Below are positions 18,288-26,757 of a stretch of DNA of 64,000 bases, piece by piece (within the stretch, counting starts at the first letter, position 1; the number at the start of each line of letters is the position of its first letter). The notes under the pieces are model-generated. The model ran no database searches and had not been told where the DNA came from. It saw only the letters and a program-made list of their open reading frames with translations. The translations under genes and the position numbers were made by a program. Where the stretch lies: assembly GCA_029983505.1 (NCBI GenBank), contig JASBZK010000003.1:18422-82421 (forward strand), in the 5' to 3' direction. This DNA is from Porphyromonas sp. Its GTDB lineage: Bacteria; Bacteroidota; Bacteroidia; Bacteroidales; Porphyromonadaceae.

Positions 18288-21106
18288 TTGTCTCTGTCGT
18301 TTGTCGTGTCCTCCGTGTCGTCGAAAGCAAAACTCTTCCGCCCCGTAGCTTCCTCTATGAGTTTGCGGTTCTCCGCTTCTTCTTTCACCTTATTGTCGGT
18401 CGATTTTTCGGTCAGACCGAAGTTATCTTCCGCGTCCGTTCCGACCGGCTCCGCGGTACGTCCGGCGTTATCTTCTACGTCCGTATCTCCCGAACCGCCC
18501 TCTTCGGACGCCTCTTCCCCCGGGTCGAGCTCCTCGATGTCGCCCACTTCGTAGTTGCTGAGTCGCTTGCCTTTGGCCCGGATGCTTTTCACTCCTATGA
18601 ACTCCTCTGCTAAAACAATCTGCGGCTCTCTCTGTTCATCGTTGCCCTTGAAGTGTACTTCGAGTCTCGGGCGTGCTTCGTCAGAGAGGAGGATAAGTTC
18701 GTTTTTCTCGGAGAGTGTGAGGTCCTCGCGCTTGCCGTCCTCATCCGGAGTAAAACGCTTGATGTAGGTGTACCCGGACTCTTTGTCGAAGTAAACCGCG
18801 GTCCACACTTTCTCCGGCTCAAACTTCTCGATGAGGTAAATGTTGCGCTCGAAGTGGTTCGTGTCGCTGTATGACGTGGCATACATCTCCCCATTGTCGA
18901 GGACGACCAGTACCCGGTCTTCGCCCTTGAACTCTCCGATGTATTCGCCCCGAGCGTCGTAGTTGAGGCGGAAGACGTCCCAGTCGAACCACACTTTTCG
19001 CCCTCCGAGGGTGCTTCCGCCTTGCTCCTTGAGCGTCACCTTGAAGACGCTGCCTTTGGTCAGGATGTTCCCCTTGGAGGCACGTCCCTTGATGAGTATG
19101 TCGGCAAAGTCTTTTTCAAAAACAAGCCTCTTCTGGCTCCTGCCACTGAGCGTCTTTGTGGGTCGGAGGACGATTTTTACGGTTTCGGCTTCTCCATTGG
19201 GGTTCGCCGAGAAGTACAGGACTTTGGAGCCCTCTTTGCCCTGTGTGAGGTCATAGACCCGGTCGCGCTGGGCGGTCTTGAAGTCGAAGCGCTTTATGAA
19301 CGTGTGCCCATTCTTGCCGTCCCGATAGATGGCATTGTATATGGTGCGGGCATCGTTTTTGATCCACCTCTGGACGTGAATGATGTTTTTGCCGACGAAC
19401 GCCTTCTCGGAGACCTTGACGATCTGGTAGGAGCCGTCCTCCAAAAAGACGATGATGTCGTCTATGGAAGAAATATCGCTGACGAACTCGTCTTTCTTCA
19501 GACCCGTACCGATGAACCCGTCTTTGCGGTTGACGAAGAGTTTCTCGTTCTTCATCACCACCTTGGCGGCCTGAATCACGTCGAAGCTCTGTATCTCTGT
19601 TCGGCGTGGGAAGCGGTCGCCGTAATCTTCGAGGAGGGTACGGTACCAGTCGATGGCCACACCGCGCACATCCGCAAGTTTCTTGCGGATTCCGTCCATC
19701 CGATCCTCAAGCTGCGCAATGTAGAGCTTACTTTTCTCCTCATTGAACCGCAGGATACGGGCCATCTTAATCTCAAGAAGCACCTTGAGGTCGTCGTCGG
19801 TGACGGGACGAATAAGGGTGCTGCTCTCAAGGACGTCGGAGAGCCGGTGACGGATATGGGCGATGGCATCGGGAAGTGTGCGGGCGTCCTCAAACTCTTT
19901 GTCTTTGTAGATACGGCGGGTGATGAAGAGCTGCTCAAGTGAGGAGGAGAGGTGTCTCTCCTGAAGTTCCCTCAGCTCCAGCTCCAGCTCCTCTCTCAGG
20001 TACACCATCGTCCGCTCACACCCGTCGCGGAGTACGTCCGAAACGGTGAGGAACTCCGGTCTCTCGTCCCGTATGACGCAGCAGTTAGGCGAGATGCTTA
20101 CTTCGCAATCCGTGACTGCGTACAGTGCGTCGATCATCTTATCGGACGAGGTGCCGGGGACGAGGTGTACTTCGATATTCGCGGTAGCGGCGGTCTTGTC
20201 CTCTATCTTCTTGATCTTTATCTTCCCGAGGTCGTTGGCTTTGAGGATGGACTCGATGACGGAAGTCGTCGTTCTACCGAAAGGCACTTCCGTGATAACG
20301 AGTATTTTGGAGTCCTTCTTCTCGATCTTTGCCCTGACTTTTACCTGACCGCCCCGCTCACCGTCGTTGTAACGCTCCACGTCTATGAGACCGCCGGTGG
20401 GAAAGTCGGGGTAGAGCTCGAACTCCTCCCCCTGTAGATATTTGATGCACGCCTCCAGGAGCTCGGAGACATTATGCGGGAGGATCTTGCTCGACAGCCC
20501 TACCGCAATCCCCTCGGCGCCTTGAGCGAGGAGCAGCGGAAACTTGACCGGAAGATTGACCGGCTCCTCCGTCGCCCCGTCATAGGAGGGCATATACTCC
20601 GTGATTTTGGGACTGAAGAGTACTCTTTTGGCCAAAGGCGTGAGCCGGGCTTCGATGTAACGCGGAGCGGCGGCACCGTCACCTGTGAGGATGTTGCCCC
20701 AGTTTCCCTGAGTGTCGATCATCAGTTCCTTTTGCCCCAATTGGACAAGCGCGTCACCGATAGACGCATCGCCGTGCGGGTGAAGCTGCATCACCTGACC
20801 CACAATGTTGGCCACCTTGATGAGGCGGTCGTCCATACGGGACATCGTATAGAGAATGCGGCGCTGCACAGGCTTGAGACCGTCGGAAATATAAGGGACG
20901 GCTCTCTCGAGTATCACGTAAGAGGCGTACGACAGAAACCATGAGCGATACATCCCGCTGAGGATATACCCGCCACCCGCATCCCTATTCATAGGGTGCG
21001 GAGGACGGAGGGAATCCTCCGACTCTTCTTCCTCGTATTCCTCCTCAAAGTCCGAGGGGGCTGCAGTGTCGTCTCTTATTTCGTCCTCTTCTTCGTTGTA
21101 AGCCAT
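18284..21106 (-). CDS. parC: DNA topoisomerase IV subunit A (GyrA/ParC family) with acidic N- and C-terminal tails
   Basis: LERAVPYISDGLKPVQRRILY, HPHGD, and the active-site region AAPRYIEARL. Roughly 100-aa Asp/Glu-rich C-terminal extension. Confidence 0.85.
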   Translation of the reverse strand: MAYNEEEDEIRDDTAAPSDFEEEYEEEESEDSLRPPHPMNRDAGGGYILSGMYRSWFLSYASYVILERAVPYISDGLKPVQRRILYTMSRMDDRLIKVANIVGQVMQLHPHGDASIGDALVQLGQKELMIDTQGNWGNILTGDGAAAPRYIEARLTPLAKRVLFSPKITEYMPSYDGATEEPVNLPVKFPLLLAQGAEGIAVGLSSKILPHNVSELLEACIKYLQGEEFELYPDFPTGGLIDVERYNDGERGGQVKVRAKIEKKDSKILVITEVPFGRTTTSVIESILKANDLGKIKIKKIEDKTAATANIEVHLVPGTSSDKMIDALYAVTDCEVSISPNCCVIRDERPEFLTVSDVLRDGCERTMVYLREELELELRELQERHLSSSLEQLFITRRIYKDKEFEDARTLPDAIAHIRHRLSDVLESSTLIRPVTDDDLKVLLEIKMARILRFNEEKSKLYIAQLEDRMDGIRKKLADVRGVAIDWYRTLLEDYGDRFPRRTEIQSFDVIQAAKVVMKNEKLFVNRKDGFIGTGLKKDEFVSDISSIDDIIVFLEDGSYQIVKVSEKAFVGKNIIHVQRWIKNDARTIYNAIYRDGKNGHTFIKRFDFKTAQRDRVYDLTQGKEGSKVLYFSANPNGEAETVKIVLRPTKTLSGRSQKRLVFEKDFADILIKGRASKGNILTKGSVFKVTLKEQGGSTLGGRKVWFDWDVFRLNYDARGEYIGEFKGEDRVLVVLDNGEMYATSYSDTNHFERNIYLIEKFEPEKVWTAVYFDKESGYTYIKRFTPDEDGKREDLTLSEKNELILLSDEARPRLEVHFKGNDEQREPQIVLAEEFIGVKSIRAKGKRLSNYEVGDIEELDPGEEASEEGGSGDTDVEDNAGRTAEPVGTDAEDNFGLTEKSTDNKVKEEAENRKLIEEATGRKSFAFDDTEDTTNDRDK

Positions 21107-21185
21107 TTCTTGCGGGAAAGGTGGTTGGCACCCCGGAAGTGGATCTGACGTCCTGTATCGAACTTCCGGAAGATGCTTATTAGCG

Positions 21186-21193
21186 CAAATTTA
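21186..21193 (-). promoter_or_regulatory. candidate -7 box (TAAATTTG on the minus strand) for parC
   Basis: Plus strand reads caaattta, about 80 nt upstream of the parC ATG at 21106. Confidence 0.4.
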
Positions 21194-21304
21194 CCCAGAT
21201 TTTGGCTCTTTCCCCATACCGTCCCTGTCGCAAAGGAACTTACTTGAGACGGCAACTCTGTTCTTCTCTTCCACCGAGACCAAGGGAGGGAAAATACCCA
21301 AACA

Positions 21305-21403
21305 AACTGCCCGGCTGTTTTTGGCCCGTATCTCGCAATCTTCCCGGTACGTGTCTCGTCTCATTGTCATACAGACCAAGAAAATCTTCTCGGTACGTAC
21401 CTC
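21305..21403. repeat. 23-nt-period module element, copy B of the roughly 95-nt subfamily
   Basis: GGCCCGTATCTC at 21323, GGTACGTGTCTC at 21346, inverted module ATACAGACC at about 21369, GGTACGTACC at 21392. All are in 23-nt phase. Confidence 0.85.
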
Positions 21404-21485
21404 GTTAAGTGTGGACTCTTGACACAGCTTTACCTGCAGAGAGACCTTTTACGGGGTTAAGCGGGAATTTTAGAGCGGGAAAAGG

Positions 21486-21493
21486 TATATTTG
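21486..21493 (+). promoter_or_regulatory. candidate -7 box TATATTTG for psd-pssA-crp
   Basis: TAnnTTTG match 64 nt upstream of the psd ATG. Confidence 0.45.
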
Positions 21494-21556
21494 CGGTTGG
21501 ATTTTTCACACAGCGCAAACTCATAGAAACGTTACAAGGAAAAATAAATAGGCTGA

Positions 21557-22291
21557 ATGGCTTTCCAATACAGACAAAGTCCCCAAAATACAACAGAGAA
21601 GAGACCGAGAGTAGGATTTGGTGTCATCACGGGCGCCTTCGTGCTCTTCGGGTTCACCCTTCTGTACCTCTATTTTGCATTAGACAGCAAATGGGCTTTT
21701 TGGATCATCCTGCCCCCGTGCGTGGTGCTCACAGCCATCACGATCAACTTCTTTCGGATACCGAAGCGTGAGTACACCGGACCCAGGTTTGGCGGTCGGG
21801 AGGTCTTGGCCTCTGCAGACGGTCGAATCGTGGTTATCGAAGAAGTTTATGAGCCGGAGTGTCTGAAGCGGAACTGCATCATGGTCTCCACGTTTATGAG
21901 TGTCACGAACGTGCACGCCAATTGGATCCCCATAGAAGGGGAAGTCCTCGGAGTGGCACACCACGACGGTAATTTCCTAAAGGCCTACCTGCCCAAGGCG
22001 AGCATCGAAAACGAACACGCCACAGTGCACATCCGTACACTCACGGGCGACGAAATCGTGGTTCGCCAAGTGGCGGGTGCCTTGGCGCAAAGGATCATCA
22101 CGTGGGTAAAAGCGGGCGAAAAGGTCTCCTTTGATACGCTTATGGGCTTCATCCTCTTCGGCTCGAGGGTAGACCTCTTCCTGCCTCTGGGGTCGGAGAT
22201 AAAGGTCTCGCTGGATGAGCCGGTGCGCGCCAATCAGACACTGATGGCGGTGCTTCCGGGAGAGAAGAAAGGAAAGGAGGAAGAGGTATGA
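21557..22291 (+). CDS. psd: phosphatidylserine decarboxylase proenzyme (short Bacteroidota type)
   Basis: N-terminal TM helices, then the PSD fold with the self-cleavage region FILFGSRVDLFLP. Confidence 0.85.
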   Translation: MAFQYRQSPQNTTEKRPRVGFGVITGAFVLFGFTLLYLYFALDSKWAFWIILPPCVVLTAITINFFRIPKREYTGPRFGGREVLASADGRIVVIEEVYEPECLKRNCIMVSTFMSVTNVHANWIPIEGEVLGVAHHDGNFLKAYLPKASIENEHATVHIRTLTGDEIVVRQVAGALAQRIITWVKAGEKVSFDTLMGFILFGSRVDLFLPLGSEIKVSLDEPVRANQTLMAVLPGEKKGKEEEV

Positions 22292-22995
22292 TACGTGCGT
22301 TCGTGAAGTTTATCCCGAATCTGCTCAGCCTGATGAACGCCACTTTTGGCGTACTCGCCATTATGCTGGTCTTAGGCGGTGTTGGCACCATTCTTCTCCC
22401 AATAAGCGTCCTCCTTTTGGGCAGCATCCCCTGCGATATGCTTGACGGCTTTGCCGCCCGAAAGCTCGACGCCAAGTCTCCGATAGGGGTGGACTTGGAT
22501 TCACTCGCCGACGTGATCTCCTTTGGCGTGGCGCCTTCGGTCATACTCGCGACAGCTCTGCAGAGCGCCGGTGCTTCTTTTCCGATGATGGCTCTAATGA
22601 TTGTGCCCTTCTCGGTGTATCGCTTGGCCAAGTTCAATCACGACACGCGCCAGACGAAGTCTTTTCTCGGGCTCCCTACGCCTGCCAATGCGGTCTATAT
22701 TTTCGGCTGGTCCGTCTTTTTGACCGAGAATGGCGTGGTATCGGACCCAGTGGCGTTTGTGAATATACTCGTCCTCTGTTTCCTCCTCGTAAGCGAAGTG
22801 CCGATGTTCGGCATCAAGAGCTTCGGCAGCTGGAAGCCGGTCTATAAAGTCCTTTTGGGCATCAGCCTCGCCTTATCCGGTCTGCTTCTCGCTTTATGGG
22901 GGTACAAGGCGTTTATGATTATCGTAGGGGCGTACATCCTCTTCAATCTCTTGGGGACGACGCTTGGCGGACCTCGGAAAGGGGCAGCGGTATGA
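22288..22995 (+). CDS. pssA: CDP-diacylglycerol--serine O-phosphatidyltransferase
   Basis: CDP-alcohol phosphatidyltransferase motif DMLDGFAARKLDAKSPIGVDLDSLAD and a polytopic membrane profile. 4-nt overlap with psd. Confidence 0.9.
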   Translation: MIRAFVKFIPNLLSLMNATFGVLAIMLVLGGVGTILLPISVLLLGSIPCDMLDGFAARKLDAKSPIGVDLDSLADVISFGVAPSVILATALQSAGASFPMMALMIVPFSVYRLAKFNHDTRQTKSFLGLPTPANAVYIFGWSVFLTENGVVSDPVAFVNILVLCFLLVSEVPMFGIKSFGSWKPVYKVLLGISLALSGLLLALWGYKAFMIIVGAYILFNLLGTTLGGPRKGAAV

Positions 22996-23699
22996 GAGAG
23001 GCCAAACGGATCCCGATAGAGCAAGCACCGCATCCGTCGTCCTTCATCGGAGACTTTTACAATCTCCTGAGCATCGACGAGCGGGAGAGGCTTCTGATGG
23101 GGCTTACGTTTTACGACGTGCCGAGAGGCGGTGTCATCTATAATAAAGACGAGGGCATCGACTCTATCTACATATTGGTGAAAGGACAAGGAAAGATTGT
23201 CCAAAACAGAGAGCGCCCTCAAGTGATGCAGCTGCTGAAAAACGGGGACATCTTCGGCTTCGTCCCCTACTTCACGCACAACAAATACGAGACCGAAGCG
23301 ACCTGCATCACCGACAGCATCGTGGGGACCTATCCCGTGGCGGACTTCGAGAGACTCCTTCTGCATAATGCCGAAGCCTCGCTTTATTTTCTCAGGGATG
23401 TGTCCGACCAGTTCTGGTCACACCATACTCTGCTCATCTCTTTGACTCAGAAACACCTGAGAGGGCGTCTGGCAGACGCGATTAAGTTCATCGAAGCAGA
23501 GTACGGGATAGAAGCGGACGGGATGACGCTGAAAGGCAAGTTTTCCCGCAACGACTACTCGGAGCTCTGCGCCATGACCAGCAGTAACGTGACGCGCACT
23601 CTCAGAGACCTCGAGTCCGAGGGCATTATAGCCCTGAGGGGGAAGGATATCGCACTCCTGAATCGGGATAAGCTCGATCGCGTCAGCAGGATAGGCTGA
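22992..23699 (+). CDS. Crp/Fnr family transcriptional regulator
   Basis: cNMP-binding-like barrel followed by a C-terminal HTH (SELCAMTSSNVTRTLRDLESEG). ATG 22992 overlaps the pssA stop (ATGA) and is preferred over the longer ORF-track start at 22896. Confidence 0.8.
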   Translation: MREAKRIPIEQAPHPSSFIGDFYNLLSIDERERLLMGLTFYDVPRGGVIYNKDEGIDSIYILVKGQGKIVQNRERPQVMQLLKNGDIFGFVPYFTHNKYETEATCITDSIVGTYPVADFERLLLHNAEASLYFLRDVSDQFWSHHTLLISLTQKHLRGRLADAIKFIEAEYGIEADGMTLKGKFSRNDYSELCAMTSSNVTRTLRDLESEGIIALRGKDIALLNRDKLDRVSRIG

Positions 23700-23758
23700 A
23701 AGGAGAGAAAGACGGGGGAAAGGGACGGGGGAGTACATACGACACACACACTTTTTAT

Positions 23759-25189
23759 ATGACAAACGAATCAGAACATACTTTGACTCGTGGGGGTGGA
23801 GAGGTTATGTCCCAAAAAGACCTCGGCACCGCCCCGATCGGGAAGTTACTCAAATACTACGCACTGCCGTCCATCATCGGTACCACGGTGAACGTTCTCT
23901 ATAACGTCGTCGACCGAATCTTCATAGCCCAAGGCGTGGGGAGTATCGCACTCTCGGGCCTTGCTGCCACGCTGCCCATCATGACCATCTTACAGTCCAT
24001 GGGCGTCCTCATAGGCGCAGGGGCGGCGGCGCGCATCTCCATATTGATGGGACAAAAGAAGAATGCGGATGCGGAGGAGCTCCTCGGTAATGCCTTCTTT
24101 CTCTCCCTCATCCTCAACGTCGTCTTCATCACTTCGGCGATGATCTTTATGAAGCCCCTGCTCCTCAACTTTGGAGCGAGTGCGGCATCGCTGCCCTACG
24201 CTATGGAGTACCTCTCCGTGGTCGTCCCGGGGAACGTCTTTGCCAATCTCACTTTTTCTTACAACGCCGTGATGCGTGCCACGGGCTATCCGCGGAAGGC
24301 GATGTATACGATGCTGATAGGCGCCATCCTCAACCTCATCCTCGACCCGCTTTTCATCTACGTCTTCCGCCTCGGCATTAAGGGCGTGGGGATTGCGACG
24401 GTGATCAGTATGTTCGTCGGTATGATTTGGGTGCTGAACCACTTTTTGTCCAAAGGGGCTTATCTCCGCATCCGGCTCAAGAACTTCAAGATTAAGAAAC
24501 GCCACGTCCTCGGCATTCTCTCCATCGGCGTGGCGCCTTTCCTCGTGCAGATCTTGGCCTCTATGACCACTTTCATCAAGAATACCGCACTCCAAAACTA
24601 CGGTGCACTCTCCGAAATTACGCTCCATAACGGGGACCTCGCCGTGGCCTCCTACGGCATCGTCTCTGCCATCGCCATGATGATTCTGATGGTGAGCTTT
24701 GGGCTTTCGCACGGGATGCAGCCTATCGTGGGATACAATTACGGTGCGGGGAATATGGACCGGGTAAAGAAAGCTTTCGGTCTCGCCGCCAAGATTAATG
24801 TCACTGTCGGCATCATCGGCGCATTGATCGCTGTCCTTGCCCCCGATGTCCTGACGCGCATATTCACAAGCGATCCGGAGCTGATCCACGTGAGCCGTAT
24901 GGCTATGGGCATAGAGCTCTTGGCGACTTGGAGTGCTTGTTTCCAAGTGACGAGTGTACAATTCTTCCAGAGTATCGGTTTCGCGGGTAAGTCGATTATG
25001 ATCAGCCTCTCCCGCCAGCTCGTTTTCCTCATCCCCCTGCTTCTCATCCTGCCGTTCTTCTTCGGGGTCAAAGGGGTCTGGTACTCCACGCCCATTTCCG
25101 ACTTCCTCTCCGCCATCCTCAGTGTAATCTTTGTGTGGAACTATTTCAAAGGTGTGGACAAAAAGACCCAAACCGCTCCAGCCGCCTAA
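23759..25189 (+). CDS. MATE family efflux transporter
   Basis: 476 aa, 12-TM profile, and a MatE-like N-terminus (GKLLKYYALPSIIGTTVNVLYNVVDRIFI). The start could instead be ATG 23807. Confidence 0.85.
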   Translation: MTNESEHTLTRGGGEVMSQKDLGTAPIGKLLKYYALPSIIGTTVNVLYNVVDRIFIAQGVGSIALSGLAATLPIMTILQSMGVLIGAGAAARISILMGQKKNADAEELLGNAFFLSLILNVVFITSAMIFMKPLLLNFGASAASLPYAMEYLSVVVPGNVFANLTFSYNAVMRATGYPRKAMYTMLIGAILNLILDPLFIYVFRLGIKGVGIATVISMFVGMIWVLNHFLSKGAYLRIRLKNFKIKKRHVLGILSIGVAPFLVQILASMTTFIKNTALQNYGALSEITLHNGDLAVASYGIVSAIAMMILMVSFGLSHGMQPIVGYNYGAGNMDRVKKAFGLAAKINVTVGIIGALIAVLAPDVLTRIFTSDPELIHVSRMAMGIELLATWSACFQVTSVQFFQSIGFAGKSIMISLSRQLVFLIPLLLILPFFFGVKGVWYSTPISDFLSAILSVIFVWNYFKGVDKKTQTAPAA

Positions 25190-25201
25190 GCAGCCCCTGT
25201 C

Positions 25202-26284
25202 GTGAGTATCTTCAAGTTCACTGCCCACCTCATCTTTTCGCTCCTTGCTCTTTGGATCACGCGGCGGACGTTTAAGTACGATCCCAAACTGAGGCGTGTC
25301 CTCTCCGGAGTCCTCGTCCTGGAGTTCGTCCTCTTTTTGGTCTGGATGCTTTTGGGTGCGGGTGACAATCTCTACCTCGCGTTCAATAACTTCTGGGTCG
25401 CCACAGCGACTTTCGACGCTCTTTTTGGCGTCCTCGCCTTCGGTCTCCTGCTCTTTTACCGAAAAGGGTGGCACGAATACGCCAAATGGGCTTACGCCGA
25501 GGCGCTCATCTTGACGGTCATATGCGCGGGTATCGGGCACCAAAACACCGTGAATCCCCGGCTCACAGTCTATGAGAAAAAGCTCACGGAAGGAACGCCC
25601 AAAGACTCCCTGAAGATTCTGCTCGTCACAGACCTCCATATCGGCAAAATCATAGGAACGGAGCATATCGCCCGTCTCCGGAAGATGGCGGTGAAAGAAA
25701 AGCCCGATTACCTCATTTTCGCCGGAGATATGATCGACCGCGAAGTTTCCTACGCCCTTCGCCCGGAGGTATTCGCGGAGATGAAGCGTCTTGTCACGGA
25801 AGCCGTCCCCGCAGGGCACGCCTTTTTCGTCCTCGGTAATCACGAGTACTACGCGGATACGGCGGAAAAATTGCTTTGGATCAACAGCCTCGGAACGCTC
25901 CTTCGGGACAGCGTGGTCAAACTGCCCGAAGGGGTCTACCTCATCGGCAGGGACAGCGGTATCGGCAACCCACGGCGTGCAGAGATGAGTGCGCTCCTCT
26001 CCCAAGTACCCGCCGGTGCGCCCGCCGTCCTCGTTGCTCACGAGCCCGAAGAGTATGGAGAGCCGGAAGTCACCGACCGCCCGCTCCTCGTCCTCCACGG
26101 CCACACCCATGCGGGGCAGCACATCCTCTTCAGACCTTTCCTCTACATCAAAGCGCCCCACGCCTACGGCAGAATACAGAAAGACCAGGCCACGCACATC
26201 ATTAGTTCCGGCTACGGGGTCTCAAGCTCCACGCTCCGCATCGGTACGCAGTCGGAAGCCGTCCTCATACGCCTCACCTACTGA
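25202..26284 (+). CDS. membrane-anchored calcineurin-like metallophosphoesterase
   Basis: Four N-terminal TM helices, then DLHIG, GDMID, GNHEY, GHTH. GTG start. Confidence 0.8.
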   Translation: MSIFKFTAHLIFSLLALWITRRTFKYDPKLRRVLSGVLVLEFVLFLVWMLLGAGDNLYLAFNNFWVATATFDALFGVLAFGLLLFYRKGWHEYAKWAYAEALILTVICAGIGHQNTVNPRLTVYEKKLTEGTPKDSLKILLVTDLHIGKIIGTEHIARLRKMAVKEKPDYLIFAGDMIDREVSYALRPEVFAEMKRLVTEAVPAGHAFFVLGNHEYYADTAEKLLWINSLGTLLRDSVVKLPEGVYLIGRDSGIGNPRRAEMSALLSQVPAGAPAVLVAHEPEEYGEPEVTDRPLLVLHGHTHAGQHILFRPFLYIKAPHAYGRIQKDQATHIISSGYGVSSSTLRIGTQSEAVLIRLTY

Positions 26285-26307
26285 CCTCGCCTCTGTACGC
26301 GCCGTGC

Positions 26308-26363
26308 AAAAGCTATATGACTTTCTCCATAAAGTTATATGACTTCTCCATAAAGCTATAGGG
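26308..26363. repeat. tandem direct repeat, about 2.5 copies of a 21-23-nt unit
   Basis: AAAGCTATATGACTTTCTCCAT (26308-26330), AAAGTTATATGACTTCTCCAT (26331-26351), and a partial AAAGCTATAGGG (26352-26363). Confidence 0.85.
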
Positions 26364-26416
26364 CATACGGGGCACACTGCCGCAAGGCGCATAAATCGGT
26401 CTGCTTAGTCCTTTTG

Positions 26417-26503
26417 GGAAAAAAGTACGGACCGGGGCAATGCCCCCGGTCCGTATCTCGTTCCCGCGTCGGTACGTGCAAGCCTTTCGTCTCGGTACGT
26501 ACC
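26417..26503. repeat. 23-nt-period module element; its first hairpin preceded by an A-run is a possible minus-strand terminator
   Basis: Hairpin TACGGACCGGGG/CCCCGGTCCGTA (about 26426-26455) preceded by GGGAAAAAA. GGTCCGTATCTC at 26448, GGTACGTGC at 26471, GGTACGTACC at 26494 (23-nt steps). Confidence 0.8.
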
Positions 26504-26518
26504 GGAGAATGTCCCCCA

Positions 26519-26703
26519 CTCTTGAGACCTTTGAAAAAGGGTTCGGGATACGAAAAACGTCAGTTTTTCGTATGAGACTTTGCAGAATGCCTCAGATGCA
26601 AGGCACTGAGGCTGAGGGCAACGGGAGTGTACTAAGGTACACGACCAAGCCCGAATGCCGATAGTAACGCAGCAGATGAGGTATTATGCAAAGGTCTCCT
26701 CTT
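26519..26703. mobile_element. MITE-like or structured-RNA element: 175 bp, 10-bp terminal inverted repeats, flanking 5-bp direct repeat
   Basis: CTCTT (26519-26523), GAGACCTTTG (26524-26533), the interior, CAAAGGTCTC (26689-26698), CTCTT (26699-26703). The interior holds three hairpins and a second nested long-range pairing. Confidence 0.45.
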
Positions 26704-26757
26704 ACAGAGGTCACGGACTTTTGTCTAAAGCCCACGACAGGGGACGCTGTGTGTCTT

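Noticed and set aside
21191-21379. Short ORFs running through repeat copies A, B and C that share a peptide: MTMRRDTYREDCEIRAKNSRAV in B, ITMKRDTYREDCEIRIKNHRAV in C, and MTMRRDTDREDREIRVKNSRV on the plus strand of A.
   Set aside because: The similarity follows directly from the roughly 90% nucleotide identity of the repeat. The ORFs differ completely in length and sequence outside the repeat, and C stops right after RAV. The substitutions are not biased towards synonymous changes, and the reading frame lies on the hairpin-forming modules. This is most simply non-coding.
21441-21466. GAGACCTTTTACGGGGTTAAGCGGGA as a second (solo) end of the 175-bp TIR element.
   Set aside because: The similarity to 26524-26550 needs gaps and fades after about 25 nt. 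I mention it only as something a genome-wide search could resolve and do not count it as a copy.
23990-26197. 735-aa ORF antisense to the MATE transporter and metallophosphoesterase genes.
   Set aside because: The same codon-aligned shadow effect applies (23990, 23759 and 25202 are all 2 mod 3). There are no motifs, and the composition is Arg/Glu/Asp/Gly-rich.
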